Shown here piece by piece: positions 41,472 to 50,285 of a DNA stretch of 64,000 nt. The notes beneath the pieces were generated by a model. It was not told the DNA's origin and ran no database searches. It saw only the letters and a program-made list of their open reading frames with translations. Position numbers and translations under genes: made by a program. This DNA is from Candidatus Culexmicrobium cathedralense. Lineage in GTDB: Archaea > Thermoproteota > Methanomethylicia > Culexarchaeales > Culexmicrobiaceae. Every line of letters begins with the position of its first letter. Within the stretch, counting starts at the first letter, position 1. The stretch covers positions 544,001 to 608,000 of the forward strand of contig JANZKC010000001.1 of assembly GCA_025061115.1 (NCBI GenBank). Direction: 5' to 3'.

Positions 41472-41698
41472 AGAGAATACAAATTTACATGAAAAATTCC
41501 ACTGTCAAGCCCCCTCAAAATCCAAAAAAGGAATTAGAGAGGAGAATATCTGGAAAACTAGATAAAAATTAGGGAAATACGCTGCGAAAAACGTGGAAAA
41601 AACTCAAAAAAACTAAAAAAGGCGAAAAAAGGCTGCTACTTGAAATCGGTAAGTACAAAATATTAGAGTGAGAACTCCGATATCTATCGAGGAGCAAC

Positions 41699-42973
41699 AT
41701 GAGGAAGATTTACGTGGAAACCTACGGGTGCTCAGCGAACGTAGCTGACACGAACATAATGGTCACCCTGCTGAAGAAGGCAGGATACGAAGTAGTTGAC
41801 AGCATCGATGAAGCAGACGTAGTGATCCTAAACACCTGCACGGTTAGAGGCGAATCGGAGAGGAAAATGGTCAAAAGGCTCAAGGAGCTTGAAAAGCTCA
41901 GGCAAAGGTTGAACTTCAAATTAGTAGTTGCAGGATGCCTAGCTAAGGCTCAGCCAGCACTCATAGCGAAAATCTCCCCCAAAGCTTCGATGCTCGCGCC
42001 CCAGCTAATTGAGGAAGTAGTGGAGGTCGTGAAGGACGACTCCCGAATCATAAAAATTCTAGGTGAAGGCAAGAGGAGGACCCTGCCAAAGCACTTCGAA
42101 GGAGTTAAATTCACAGTTCCAATAGCCGAAGGCTGCATTGGAAGCTGCACGTACTGCATAGTTAAAGTTGCTAGAGGCAGGTTGAGGAGCTACCCTCCAG
42201 AGGAAATCGTTGAAGCAGTCGAATGCGCAGTGAAGGCTGGAGCCAGGGAAATTAGGCTAACAGCCCAAGACACGGCGGCATATGGACTAGACATAGGGAC
42301 AAGCCTGCCAGAGCTAGTGGAGAAAATAACTGAAATTCCAGGGGACTTCATGATCAGAATTGGAATGATGAATCCAGATGGAGCCCTAAAAATGCTAGAC
42401 AAGCTCCTAAAGGTCTACGAGAGCGATAAGGTGTACAAGTTCATCCACATACCGCTTCAAAGCGGAGATGACAGAATACTAAAGTTGATGAGGAGGAAGT
42501 ACACTTCAAGCCAATTCATCCAATTAGCCCGCGAATTCAGAAGGAGATTTCCAGAGGGCTTCATAGCAACAGACGTAATAGTAGGCTTCCCAACGGAGGA
42601 CGAGGCGGCATTCAACAACACGCTTAAAGTTATCAGCGAAGTCGAGCCAGACAAGGTTCACGTAGCAAGGTACAGTCCAAGACCCCACACCGAAGCAGCA
42701 GCACTACCTCAAATACCCGAAGCGGTGAAGAAGAAGAGGTCGAAAATCATGACAAACCTATCGCTCAAGATAGGCTTGAAGAGAAATATCCCACTCGTAG
42801 GCAGGGTTGAGGAAGCTTTAGCAGTTGACGAAGGATACGGCGGAACCATAAAAGCTAGATTGAACAACTACAAGATCGTAGTCTTCAATGGAGATCCGAG
42901 CATCATTGGCGAGAAAGTAAAAGTAAAAATTGTTGAAGCATCGCCAATCCAGCTCAGAGGGAAGCTCATCTAG
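41699..42973 (+). CDS. mtaB: tRNA t6A37 methylthiotransferase (MtaB/e-MtaB), radical SAM
   Basis: ETYGC, NTCTV, GCIGSCTYC, TDVIVGFPTE, C-terminal TRAM domain. Confidence 0.9.
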   Translation: MRKIYVETYGCSANVADTNIMVTLLKKAGYEVVDSIDEADVVILNTCTVRGESERKMVKRLKELEKLRQRLNFKLVVAGCLAKAQPALIAKISPKASMLAPQLIEEVVEVVKDDSRIIKILGEGKRRTLPKHFEGVKFTVPIAEGCIGSCTYCIVKVARGRLRSYPPEEIVEAVECAVKAGAREIRLTAQDTAAYGLDIGTSLPELVEKITEIPGDFMIRIGMMNPDGALKMLDKLLKVYESDKVYKFIHIPLQSGDDRILKLMRRKYTSSQFIQLAREFRRRFPEGFIATDVIVGFPTEDEAAFNNTLKVISEVEPDKVHVARYSPRPHTEAAALPQIPEAVKKKRSKIMTNLSLKIGLKRNIPLVGRVEEALAVDEGYGGTIKARLNNYKIVVFNGDPSIIGEKVKVKIVEASPIQLRGKLI

Positions 42974-43254
42974 CCTCCTGAAGCAGGAGGCAGAATTGCA
43001 ATTTCATCTCCACTGCAAACTTCCCTTCCAAGCTCCTCTGGAACCCTCAAGTAAACCCTATTAACCGTAACTCGAAGGTAATCGTTGAAGCGTCCTCCCT
43101 CCCTAAACAAGCGCTGCTTAAAGTCATCGCCTAGAAGCTCAGCCAACTTCCTTAAAACGTCCAGCACGGTCGCTCCACTAGGAAGCTCCACCTCAATGGA
43201 GCCTGCACCTGCAATCTCCCTTAAAGAAGCGAAAAGCAGTACTTTGACCTTCAA
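42970..43254 (-). CDS. MoaD/ThiS/SAMP ubiquitin-like protein
   Basis: FASLREIAG, C-terminal LPPASGG. Confidence 0.9.
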   Translation of the reverse strand: MKVKVLLFASLREIAGAGSIEVELPSGATVLDVLRKLAELLGDDFKQRLFREGGRFNDYLRVTVNRVYLRVPEELGREVCSGDEIAILPPASGG

Positions 43255-43262
43255 AGCTATCG

Positions 43263-44783
43263 CTAATCCCCCTTAAGCTTCCGCTTATACATCCTCCACG
43301 ACAAGCACATGGTCCTTGGGTGGCTGGCCTTCACTTCATCAAGCCTCTCAATGGCAGTGTTGGTGGGCGCAGACGTCACCTTAGACGGGTCGCTGTAGGC
43401 TTCCTCCGAAATCCTCTTCAACACTTCAACGTAGCGGTCAATGTTCTCCTTAGATTCAGTGTCGGTGAACTCGATCATCAAAGCCTCCTTAACTATCAAT
43501 GGGAAGTACATGGTTGGAGCGTGAAGCCCATGGTCAAGCAGCCTCTTAGCCACATCCAAAGCTCTAACTCCAGTTTCCCTAAGCATCGGCTCAGCGCTCA
43601 AAACGCACTCATGCTTCCTCGGCTTATCGGGCGAGTAGGGCAAGGAAAATCCCCTAACGCCGGAAATTCTCTTTAGGAAGTAGTTGGTGTTGAGAACTGA
43701 AAGCTCCGCAGCCTCCTTCAAACCCCTAGCACCCATTGAAAGTATGTAAGCTGCAGTCTTAACTAGAACGGCGAAGTTCCCATAGAACGACCTAACCTTC
43801 CCAATCGAATGCGGGCGGTCGTAGTCTAGGTAGTAGCGCTTCCCATCAAACTCGATCACCGGTACTGGGAGAAACTTCTCCAGCTCCTCAGTAACTCCAA
43901 CCGGGCCGGCTCCAGGCCCGCCTCCACCATGAGGAGTGGAAAACGTCTTATGAACATTGATGTGAACGATGTCGAATCCCATGTCGCCAGGCCTAACCTT
44001 ACCCATAATGCCATTCAAGTTAGCTCCATCATAGTACAGGAGGCCCCCAGCCCCATGAACTATGTCCGCAATCTCCAATATGTGCTCCTCAAATATCCCA
44101 AGCGTATTTGGATTCGTCAACATCAAACCCGCAGTTCTATCGGAAGTAGCTGCCTTCAGCGCCTCCAAATCCACGCAGCCATCCTCAGCCGACGGAACAA
44201 CTACGACCTTAAAGCCTGCCATAGCAGCGCTAGCGGGATTCGTCCCATGAGCACTATCCGGAACGATCATCTCATCCCTATGAGGCTCACCATTAAACCT
44301 GTGGTAAGCCCTAATAATTAGGCAGCCAACGTACTCCCCATGAGCTCCAGCTGAAGGCTGAAGGGTAACCCTATGCATGCCAGTTATCTCCGCAAGCCAC
44401 TTCTCGACCAAATACATGAGCTCAAGCGCACCCTGAACAGTGCTCTCATCCTGGTATGGGTGAATCCAAGCAACATCATCGAGGGATGCGAGCTCCTCAT
44501 TAACCTTTGGATTGTACTTCATCGTGCAGGAGCCAAGCGGGTAGGGCCCAGAGTCAACTCCATAGTTCATCTGGGAAAGCCTAATGAAGTGGCGGGCAAC
44601 CTCAACCTCCGAAAGTTCAGGCAAGTCGACCTCATCCCTTCTAAGCCCCTCGGGAATGAGCTTAAAGACATCGCCGACAGCCCGCTTAACCTCACCGTCA
44701 GCCTCAGGAGGTAGATGGCCGATTCTCCCCGGAGTACTGAGCTCAAATATTAAGGGCTCAATCCACCTAGCCTGCCTAAACAC
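43263..44783 (-). CDS. gcvPB: Glycine dehydrogenase subunit 2
   Basis: YPLGSCTMKYNP, SAHGTNPAS, HKTFSTPHGGGGPG. Confidence 0.96.
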   Translation of the reverse strand: MFRQARWIEPLIFELSTPGRIGHLPPEADGEVKRAVGDVFKLIPEGLRRDEVDLPELSEVEVARHFIRLSQMNYGVDSGPYPLGSCTMKYNPKVNEELASLDDVAWIHPYQDESTVQGALELMYLVEKWLAEITGMHRVTLQPSAGAHGEYVGCLIIRAYHRFNGEPHRDEMIVPDSAHGTNPASAAMAGFKVVVVPSAEDGCVDLEALKAATSDRTAGLMLTNPNTLGIFEEHILEIADIVHGAGGLLYYDGANLNGIMGKVRPGDMGFDIVHINVHKTFSTPHGGGGPGAGPVGVTEELEKFLPVPVIEFDGKRYYLDYDRPHSIGKVRSFYGNFAVLVKTAAYILSMGARGLKEAAELSVLNTNYFLKRISGVRGFSLPYSPDKPRKHECVLSAEPMLRETGVRALDVAKRLLDHGLHAPTMYFPLIVKEALMIEFTDTESKENIDRYVEVLKRISEEAYSDPSKVTSAPTNTAIERLDEVKASHPRTMCLSWRMYKRKLKGD

Positions 44784-46186
44784 TACACACCACCTCCAAG
44801 CGCAGCTCTAAATGCACTCACAAGCTTCTCTATATCCTCCCTAGAGTGAATTTCAGTAACGCAGTACAATGCAGATTCGCCCAGCTCAGGAAACTCGCTC
44901 TTAATCACCTTACCCCCATGAACACCCATTTCGAGAAGCCGCCCATGAAGCTCCTCAATGCTCAACGGGGACTCGTCAACGTTAACCACGAACTCCTTGA
45001 AGTGGGGAGCATTGAATAGGGGAGCCTTAACCCCCGGAATCTCATTAAGCCTCTTCATAGCGTAGTGCGAATTGTAAAGTATGGTTTCACAAAGCTTCCT
45101 AAGCCCCCTAGGACCTAGAAGCGAAAGGTAAACTGCAGCTGCAACCGCACATAATGCTTCATTGGTGCAAATGTTGGAGGTAGCCTTCTCCCTCCTAATG
45201 TGCTGCTCCCTAGTCTGCAAAGCCATTACATAGCCCCTCCTAGAGCCGTCCTTAGTAGTGGTCATGCCAATTATCCTTCCAGGCATTTGCCTCATCAGCT
45301 TCATGTCACCTCTACACGCGAAAATCCCTAGGGATGGGCCGCCGAAGTTCATTGGATTGCCGAGAGGCTGCCCCTCGCCCACAACTATGTCGGCGCCATA
45401 ATCTCCAGGAGCCTTTAAAACTCCAAGTGAAATCGGATCCACTCCAACGATGTAGAGTGCTCCAGCCCTATGAGCTATGGAGGCTACCTCCTCAACATTC
45501 ACCTCAATCAAGCCAAAGTATGAGGGGTTCTCCACATAAACAGCAGCAACTTCGCTTGAAGCGGCATCCTCCAGCGAATTCAAGTCCAATAAGCCAGTCT
45601 CCCTATCATACTCCACCTCAACAACCTCTATGCCGTGAGGGCTAGTGTAAGTTTTAAGTACGAACTTCCGATCAGGGTGAATAGCCCTCGGAACAACTAT
45701 CTTCCTCCTCCTCGTCACCCTAACAGCCATGAGGGCGGCTTCAGCCAACGCTGAAGCCCAATCATACATTGAAGCGTTAGCCACATCCATTCCAGTGAGC
45801 TCGCAAATCAAACTCTGATACTCAAAAAGCGCTTGAAGCATTCCCTGCGACACTTCAGGCTGATATGGAGTGTAGGAAGTTAAGAACTCCGACCTCCTAA
45901 CAATCTCCTTAACAAGCGAAGGCACGTAGTGAGGCCAGCAGCCTGCTCCCAAGAATATCGGCATCTCCAATGCATTCACGTTCTTCGACAGAACTCTGCG
46001 AATAAACCTGTAAACCTCCCACTCAGACATTGGGCCCGGAACCTTTAGGTCGCGGTTCAACCTAATGCTCTCGGGAACATCAGCGTAGAGCCCATCAACA
46101 TCGCTAACCCCAATTTCCCTCAACATCTCCTCCTTAACCTTAGGAGCAGAGTTCGGCAAATATGGGTGAGTGAACCCCCTGCTCAA
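44783..46186 (-). CDS. gcvPA: Glycine dehydrogenase subunit 1
   Basis: YTPYQPEVSQG, NASMYD, QTREQHIRREKATSNICTN. Confidence 0.96.
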   Translation of the reverse strand: MSRGFTHPYLPNSAPKVKEEMLREIGVSDVDGLYADVPESIRLNRDLKVPGPMSEWEVYRFIRRVLSKNVNALEMPIFLGAGCWPHYVPSLVKEIVRRSEFLTSYTPYQPEVSQGMLQALFEYQSLICELTGMDVANASMYDWASALAEAALMAVRVTRRRKIVVPRAIHPDRKFVLKTYTSPHGIEVVEVEYDRETGLLDLNSLEDAASSEVAAVYVENPSYFGLIEVNVEEVASIAHRAGALYIVGVDPISLGVLKAPGDYGADIVVGEGQPLGNPMNFGGPSLGIFACRGDMKLMRQMPGRIIGMTTTKDGSRRGYVMALQTREQHIRREKATSNICTNEALCAVAAAVYLSLLGPRGLRKLCETILYNSHYAMKRLNEIPGVKAPLFNAPHFKEFVVNVDESPLSIEELHGRLLEMGVHGGKVIKSEFPELGESALYCVTEIHSREDIEKLVSAFRAALGGGV

Positions 46187-46260
46187 CCCTCAGTCACCGA
46201 GAAAACTATTGCGCAAATAGCTTAAAACCTATTCATTCCGGAGAAGCGAAACAGCTAATT

Positions 46261-46694
46261 AAAGGCCTCAAGCTGAGGAGAATGTACTTCAGCAGCTTCA
46301 CGCCGATGCTCGGCACGCCCCTCGAAAATTGGAGGAGATGCCCGAAAAGCAGGGAGCACAGCCTATACCAAGCTTCATTCCTAATGATAGACTACGGATT
46401 CACCCTCGAAGACCTAAAACCATACTAAATGAAAGCGAAATGCTGCCAAAAGGAAACTCAAAGCTAGCATACGTAAAGGCAAATCCCAACTAGTGTCCAG
46501 TCAACCCAGCAAGCGCAAAGCTAAAGGAATTACTGAAAGTACTTGGAATGGGACCAAAGTCAGCTGGGAAAATCCTAAAGCTCAGAAAGGAAGGGAAGGA
46601 GGTCTGGACGTTCAAGGACGTAGCCGACATAGTTGGAGTGGGGAGGGCAAAGCTGGCAGCCCCACACCTGCATTTGAAGGGAAGGCGATGCTAA
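46261..46694 (+). pseudogene. 3' remnant of a radical-SAM/HhH 'DNA modification/repair' protein gene
   Basis: RRMYFSSFTPMLGTPLE..REHSLYQASFLMIDYGF, frameshift near 46425, then SKLAYVKANPN*CPVN..ELLKVLGMGPKSAGKI (HhH); N-terminal CxxxCxxC half absent. Confidence 0.75.
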
Positions 46695-46766
46695 GCAAAT
46701 ACGCTTTTATTATCCTATACTGAAGAGGATATATTGCTAAAGATAAGTTGAGAGTATGGTGATTCC

Positions 46767-48431
46767 ATGAAAAACTCAAAAATAGCAATCGCAGCAATAA
46801 TAGCCATAGCACTCCTAATGCAAACCTGCATTCCAACCGAATCCCAAAGCCCAGCCAAGCTGACGATCACAAGATTAATAGACGTCCAGCAAAGCTACAC
46901 CCTCATAATAGATGAGGTAACCGTAGCCCAAGGCAGCCTAAGCAACCTAACCATATACCTGCCAATACAGTATGAAAACAACACCTACGCCATAAGAGCA
47001 GTGGATTGGGAAGGCGAAGAGCTGGAAGTCAAAGTTCAAAGCACAGCAAACTATATGCAACTCAACGTTGAACTACCTCAAAAGCCAGCTCCCCTCAAGG
47101 TTAAAATCGAAATCTATATGATCAACCTACTCGCCCAAGCCGAGCATGATCTCGTCAAGCTAACCATCCCCCTCTACCCAACCCTACCCATAGAAGTGGA
47201 GTCCTGCTACGTAGAGGTCCTCCTACCCCAATGGACGAAAAGGGTTGAATCAGTCAATCCAAGTGCAAACGCCACCCTACTGAATGGAAGGTACTCGGTG
47301 AACTATACTAAAGCGCCGCTCCCAGCAATGATGGAAGAGCAACTTGAAGTAACATTCTCAGCAACCCTACATCAAGTTCAGTGCTTGAACTTGACAAGGG
47401 AAGTTAAGGTAAATGGAGAGCTCGACATCCTAGACGCAATCAAATTCAAGAACGCAGGGTTCACCTCCATACCAAAAGCATATGGAGTCAACTTCACCCT
47501 ACCCAAGGATGCAACCATAATTTCTGTAAAAGACGACTTCGGCGACCTCAAATTCAAAGTCCATGAAGCTGGAGAAGAAAAAATCGTTAACGTCAAGCTA
47601 AGGATAAATCTGGAAAGCGGATGGAAGTACGAAGTCTACATCCACTACAAGCTGCCAAGCTCAGGCTGGATTAAGGAGGAGGCGAACAAGGAGCTTTTAG
47701 TCCCCATGGACCCATTCTACAAGTTCCCAGCGGATCAACTCAAGGTAATAATTGACCTTCCTCCAGGCTCGGAGCTAAAGGCAACCCACGGAATGGAGCC
47801 AGCATCAGCCAATGGCAAAGTCATTTACGTAGCGCGCAAAGTAATAGGCGGCAGCTACCCACACAACGTGAAAGTGGAGTACACACCGCCGCCACTCAGA
47901 ATTGAAATACCAACAAGCGTGCTAGCCGGAACTTTGATTGGAGCACTAATTGGAGCAGCAGTATACTTCAAGCGCTACGTGTTCAAAAAGCCCAAACCCC
48001 CAGTCGAAGCAGCCCCCACCTACCTTGAGGACCTCTACGGAGCATACATGGATAAACTCGAAATTCTAATCGACATGAAAAACCTCGAAGAAGCCTACAG
48101 AGCAAAAAGAATAGTGAAAAGAGCCTATAGAGCGAGAATGAGGGAGCTTAGAGAAGAGCTAAAGCAAGTCGACAGCAAGATAAGTCAACTCAAAGCCAAG
48201 GCACTGGCTGAAAACGCAAAGCTGCAAAGCATAATCAAGGAGCTCGAAGAAGCAGAAGCCGAGTACTCAGCAGCAATGATGAAATTGAGGGAGCTTGAAA
48301 GAAATTATGCTTCAAAGAAGATAACAAGAAGAGAATACGAAGAAGCAAGGAGAACTCTAGAGAAAGACGCAAGAAAAGCCAGAATGAAACTCGAAAGAAA
48401 GCTCGCAGACCTCCTAGAATTAGCCTCCTAA
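46767..48431 (+). CDS. Type-I membrane protein, ribophorin I (OST1/RPN1)-like
   Basis: Signal peptide, beta-rich exodomain with VKDDFGDL..GWKYEVYIHYKLP, one TM helix, cytosolic helical tail. Confidence 0.6.
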   Translation: MKNSKIAIAAIIAIALLMQTCIPTESQSPAKLTITRLIDVQQSYTLIIDEVTVAQGSLSNLTIYLPIQYENNTYAIRAVDWEGEELEVKVQSTANYMQLNVELPQKPAPLKVKIEIYMINLLAQAEHDLVKLTIPLYPTLPIEVESCYVEVLLPQWTKRVESVNPSANATLLNGRYSVNYTKAPLPAMMEEQLEVTFSATLHQVQCLNLTREVKVNGELDILDAIKFKNAGFTSIPKAYGVNFTLPKDATIISVKDDFGDLKFKVHEAGEEKIVNVKLRINLESGWKYEVYIHYKLPSSGWIKEEANKELLVPMDPFYKFPADQLKVIIDLPPGSELKATHGMEPASANGKVIYVARKVIGGSYPHNVKVEYTPPPLRIEIPTSVLAGTLIGALIGAAVYFKRYVFKKPKPPVEAAPTYLEDLYGAYMDKLEILIDMKNLEEAYRAKRIVKRAYRARMRELREELKQVDSKISQLKAKALAENAKLQSIIKELEEAEAEYSAAMMKLRELERNYASKKITRREYEEARRTLEKDARKARMKLERKLADLLELAS

Positions 48432-48485
48432 CCGCTACTCTAAGCTAAAAAAGCTTAAAAACTAACTTAAAGCTAGAAGCATAAG

Positions 48486-48677
48486 GTGAAACTTATGCCA
48501 AAAGTTGTGGTAGACGAGGAAAAGTGCATCGGCTGCGGAACATGCGTTCAAGTATGCCCAATGGGAGTCTACGAACTAGTTGACGAGAAAGCCAAGCCAG
48601 TAAATGAAGATCAGTGCGTAGCCTGCAGAGCATGCGAAGCCCAGTGCCCAGTCCAAGCAATCACCATTGAGGAGTAA
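48486..48677 (+). CDS. 2[4Fe-4S] ferredoxin
   Basis: CIGCGTCVQVCP and CVACRACEAQCP. Confidence 0.95.
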   Translation: MKLMPKVVVDEEKCIGCGTCVQVCPMGVYELVDEKAKPVNEDQCVACRACEAQCPVQAITIEE

Positions 48678-48793
48678 AATAAATCCACCCTTTTACCTCA
48701 ACATTTTTATTCAATTTCAAATTCACAAACGCAGCCAGCTGACATCAGGCTCACGCTAAACGTATATTGCCCCTCGACGCAAAGTAGATTGAA

Positions 48794-49159
48794 ATGCCAT
48801 TCAAATGCATGAAATGCGGAAAATGCTGCAGAGAAACCGAAATGCCCCTAACGATGAGCGACATCAAGCGAATAACGTCGCTCGGATATAAGGTCAGCGA
48901 ATTCGCCACATTCAACGGGGCGGCCTGGCGATTAAAGAACGTTGATGGACACTGCTTCTTCCTAAATCCAGAAACCAACGAATGCAAAATATACCCCCAC
49001 AGGCCAGAAGGATGCAGAATATACCCTATAATATACATAGAAGGAGTTGGAGTTTCAGTCGACCCAGAATGCCCAGCAGCCCACACAGTAACTCCAGAGG
49101 AAATTGAAAAGGCAGCTCCAAAACTAATGAAACTAATTAGGGAGATAGAAGAGCCATGA
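48794..49159 (+). CDS. YkgJ-family cysteine cluster protein
   Basis: CMKCGKCC..CFFL..CKIYPHRPEGCRIYP. Confidence 0.9.
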   Translation: MPFKCMKCGKCCRETEMPLTMSDIKRITSLGYKVSEFATFNGAAWRLKNVDGHCFFLNPETNECKIYPHRPEGCRIYPIIYIEGVGVSVDPECPAAHTVTPEEIEKAAPKLMKLIREIEEP

Positions 49160-49335
49160 AGAAAATCATTAAAGCATTAAAGAACCTCCTGCACGAGCAA
49201 GCCTACTGCCCCCACTGCAAAGATTACGTAAGAGTAAAAGTCGAAACGCGCAGAAAAGGAAGAAAAACCGTCGAAATAAGATCCTGCACCCAATGCGGAA
49301 GAATAATTGAGGAAATTGTGAAAAATAAAGTTTAA
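49156..49335 (+). CDS. Small zinc-ribbon protein, 59 aa
   Basis: MKKIIKALKNLLHEQAYCPHCKDYVRVKVETRRKGRKTVEIRSCTQCGRIIEEIVKNKV; ATGA overlap with the ykgJ-like stop codon. Confidence 0.75.
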   Translation: MKKIIKALKNLLHEQAYCPHCKDYVRVKVETRRKGRKTVEIRSCTQCGRIIEEIVKNKV

Positions 49336-49439
49336 AATGCCCTCACAAATTCCAAGTGCAGAAAGGAATAATTCAATGCAAAAATTAATTGGAGCCGCCC
49401 CCAAATAAAACTACGACAGGGTGATGCGAGAGTAGAGCC

Positions 49440-50228
49440 TTGAGCGGAAAAGCGAGCAAAAAGAACAAGAAGGACGAGTACTGGCTGATAGGAAATCCGC
49501 TTAGGCGAAGAATACTTGAAATCATAGCTGAAAGAGGGGCAATAACCCCCTCAGAGCTGAGAAGAGAGCTGAACATAAGCTTTGGGACGCTCTACTACCA
49601 CCTAAACTTGATGAAAAACTACTTAGAGCGCAACTCCAACAAGGAGCTGAAGCTCAGCCCAGAAGGGTGGCGAGCACTATCATACGTCAGCGAGCTGGAA
49701 GTACTGAGAAAATTCAAGCTCACAAGCCTAGTAACAATATTCGAAACTGGAAAGCGAACGACCCTAAGAGCAGCACTAGCAACCCTAACCATCGCCAGCT
49801 ACATCGCAGCAGACCACCTGTACGGGCTGAAGACGAGCCTCATGATATCATTCTTCGAAAGCAGGCAAAGTCCAATACACCTATCCGCCCTCCACGTCCT
49901 AGGAAACTGGCTCACATTAACCTTAATAATGCTAGTACTAACCATCATACTCACAAGGAGAAAGCTAAGCCTAGCCGAAATTACAAACACGCTAATAGGC
50001 GTTGCTGCCTCCACATCCCCATGCCTACTATACCTTTGGTCAGCAATACTGGACAGCAGCTTCAGCCAATACGTGTTCGTAGCCTCCCAAGCATTAACCT
50101 GCATGATGATAATATCAATGCTCATAGGCACGCTTAAAATTGGAAGCGAAAAGGCAGCAATAATAACCCTCCTAACCATGTACAGCGCCCTCCTAGCCCT
50201 AGAAGCAGTAGCCACGTTCTTAATTTAG
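49440..50228 (+). CDS. Membrane-bound winged-helix transcriptional regulator
   Basis: NPLRRRILE..SFGTLYYHL wHTH followed by about 5 hydrophobic segments. Confidence 0.8.
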   Translation: MSGKASKKNKKDEYWLIGNPLRRRILEIIAERGAITPSELRRELNISFGTLYYHLNLMKNYLERNSNKELKLSPEGWRALSYVSELEVLRKFKLTSLVTIFETGKRTTLRAALATLTIASYIAADHLYGLKTSLMISFFESRQSPIHLSALHVLGNWLTLTLIMLVLTIILTRRKLSLAEITNTLIGVAASTSPCLLYLWSAILDSSFSQYVFVASQALTCMMIISMLIGTLKIGSEKAAIITLLTMYSALLALEAVATFLI

Positions 50229-50247
50229 CTCTCGAATTATTCGAGAG
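50229..50247. repeat. Perfect 9-bp inverted repeat CTCTCGAAT-T-ATTCGAGAG
   Basis: Read directly from the sequence between the regulator and the surface-protein gene. Confidence 0.7.
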
Positions 50248-50285
50248 CCACCTCGACTCAACTCGAGAAAATAAAGCTTTTCTCC

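Noticed and set aside
46493-46723. 76-aa ORF from the track
   Set aside because: Off-frame reading of the radical-SAM/HhH pseudogene; the TAG there was also not treated as pyrrolysine because a frameshift and truncation accompany it
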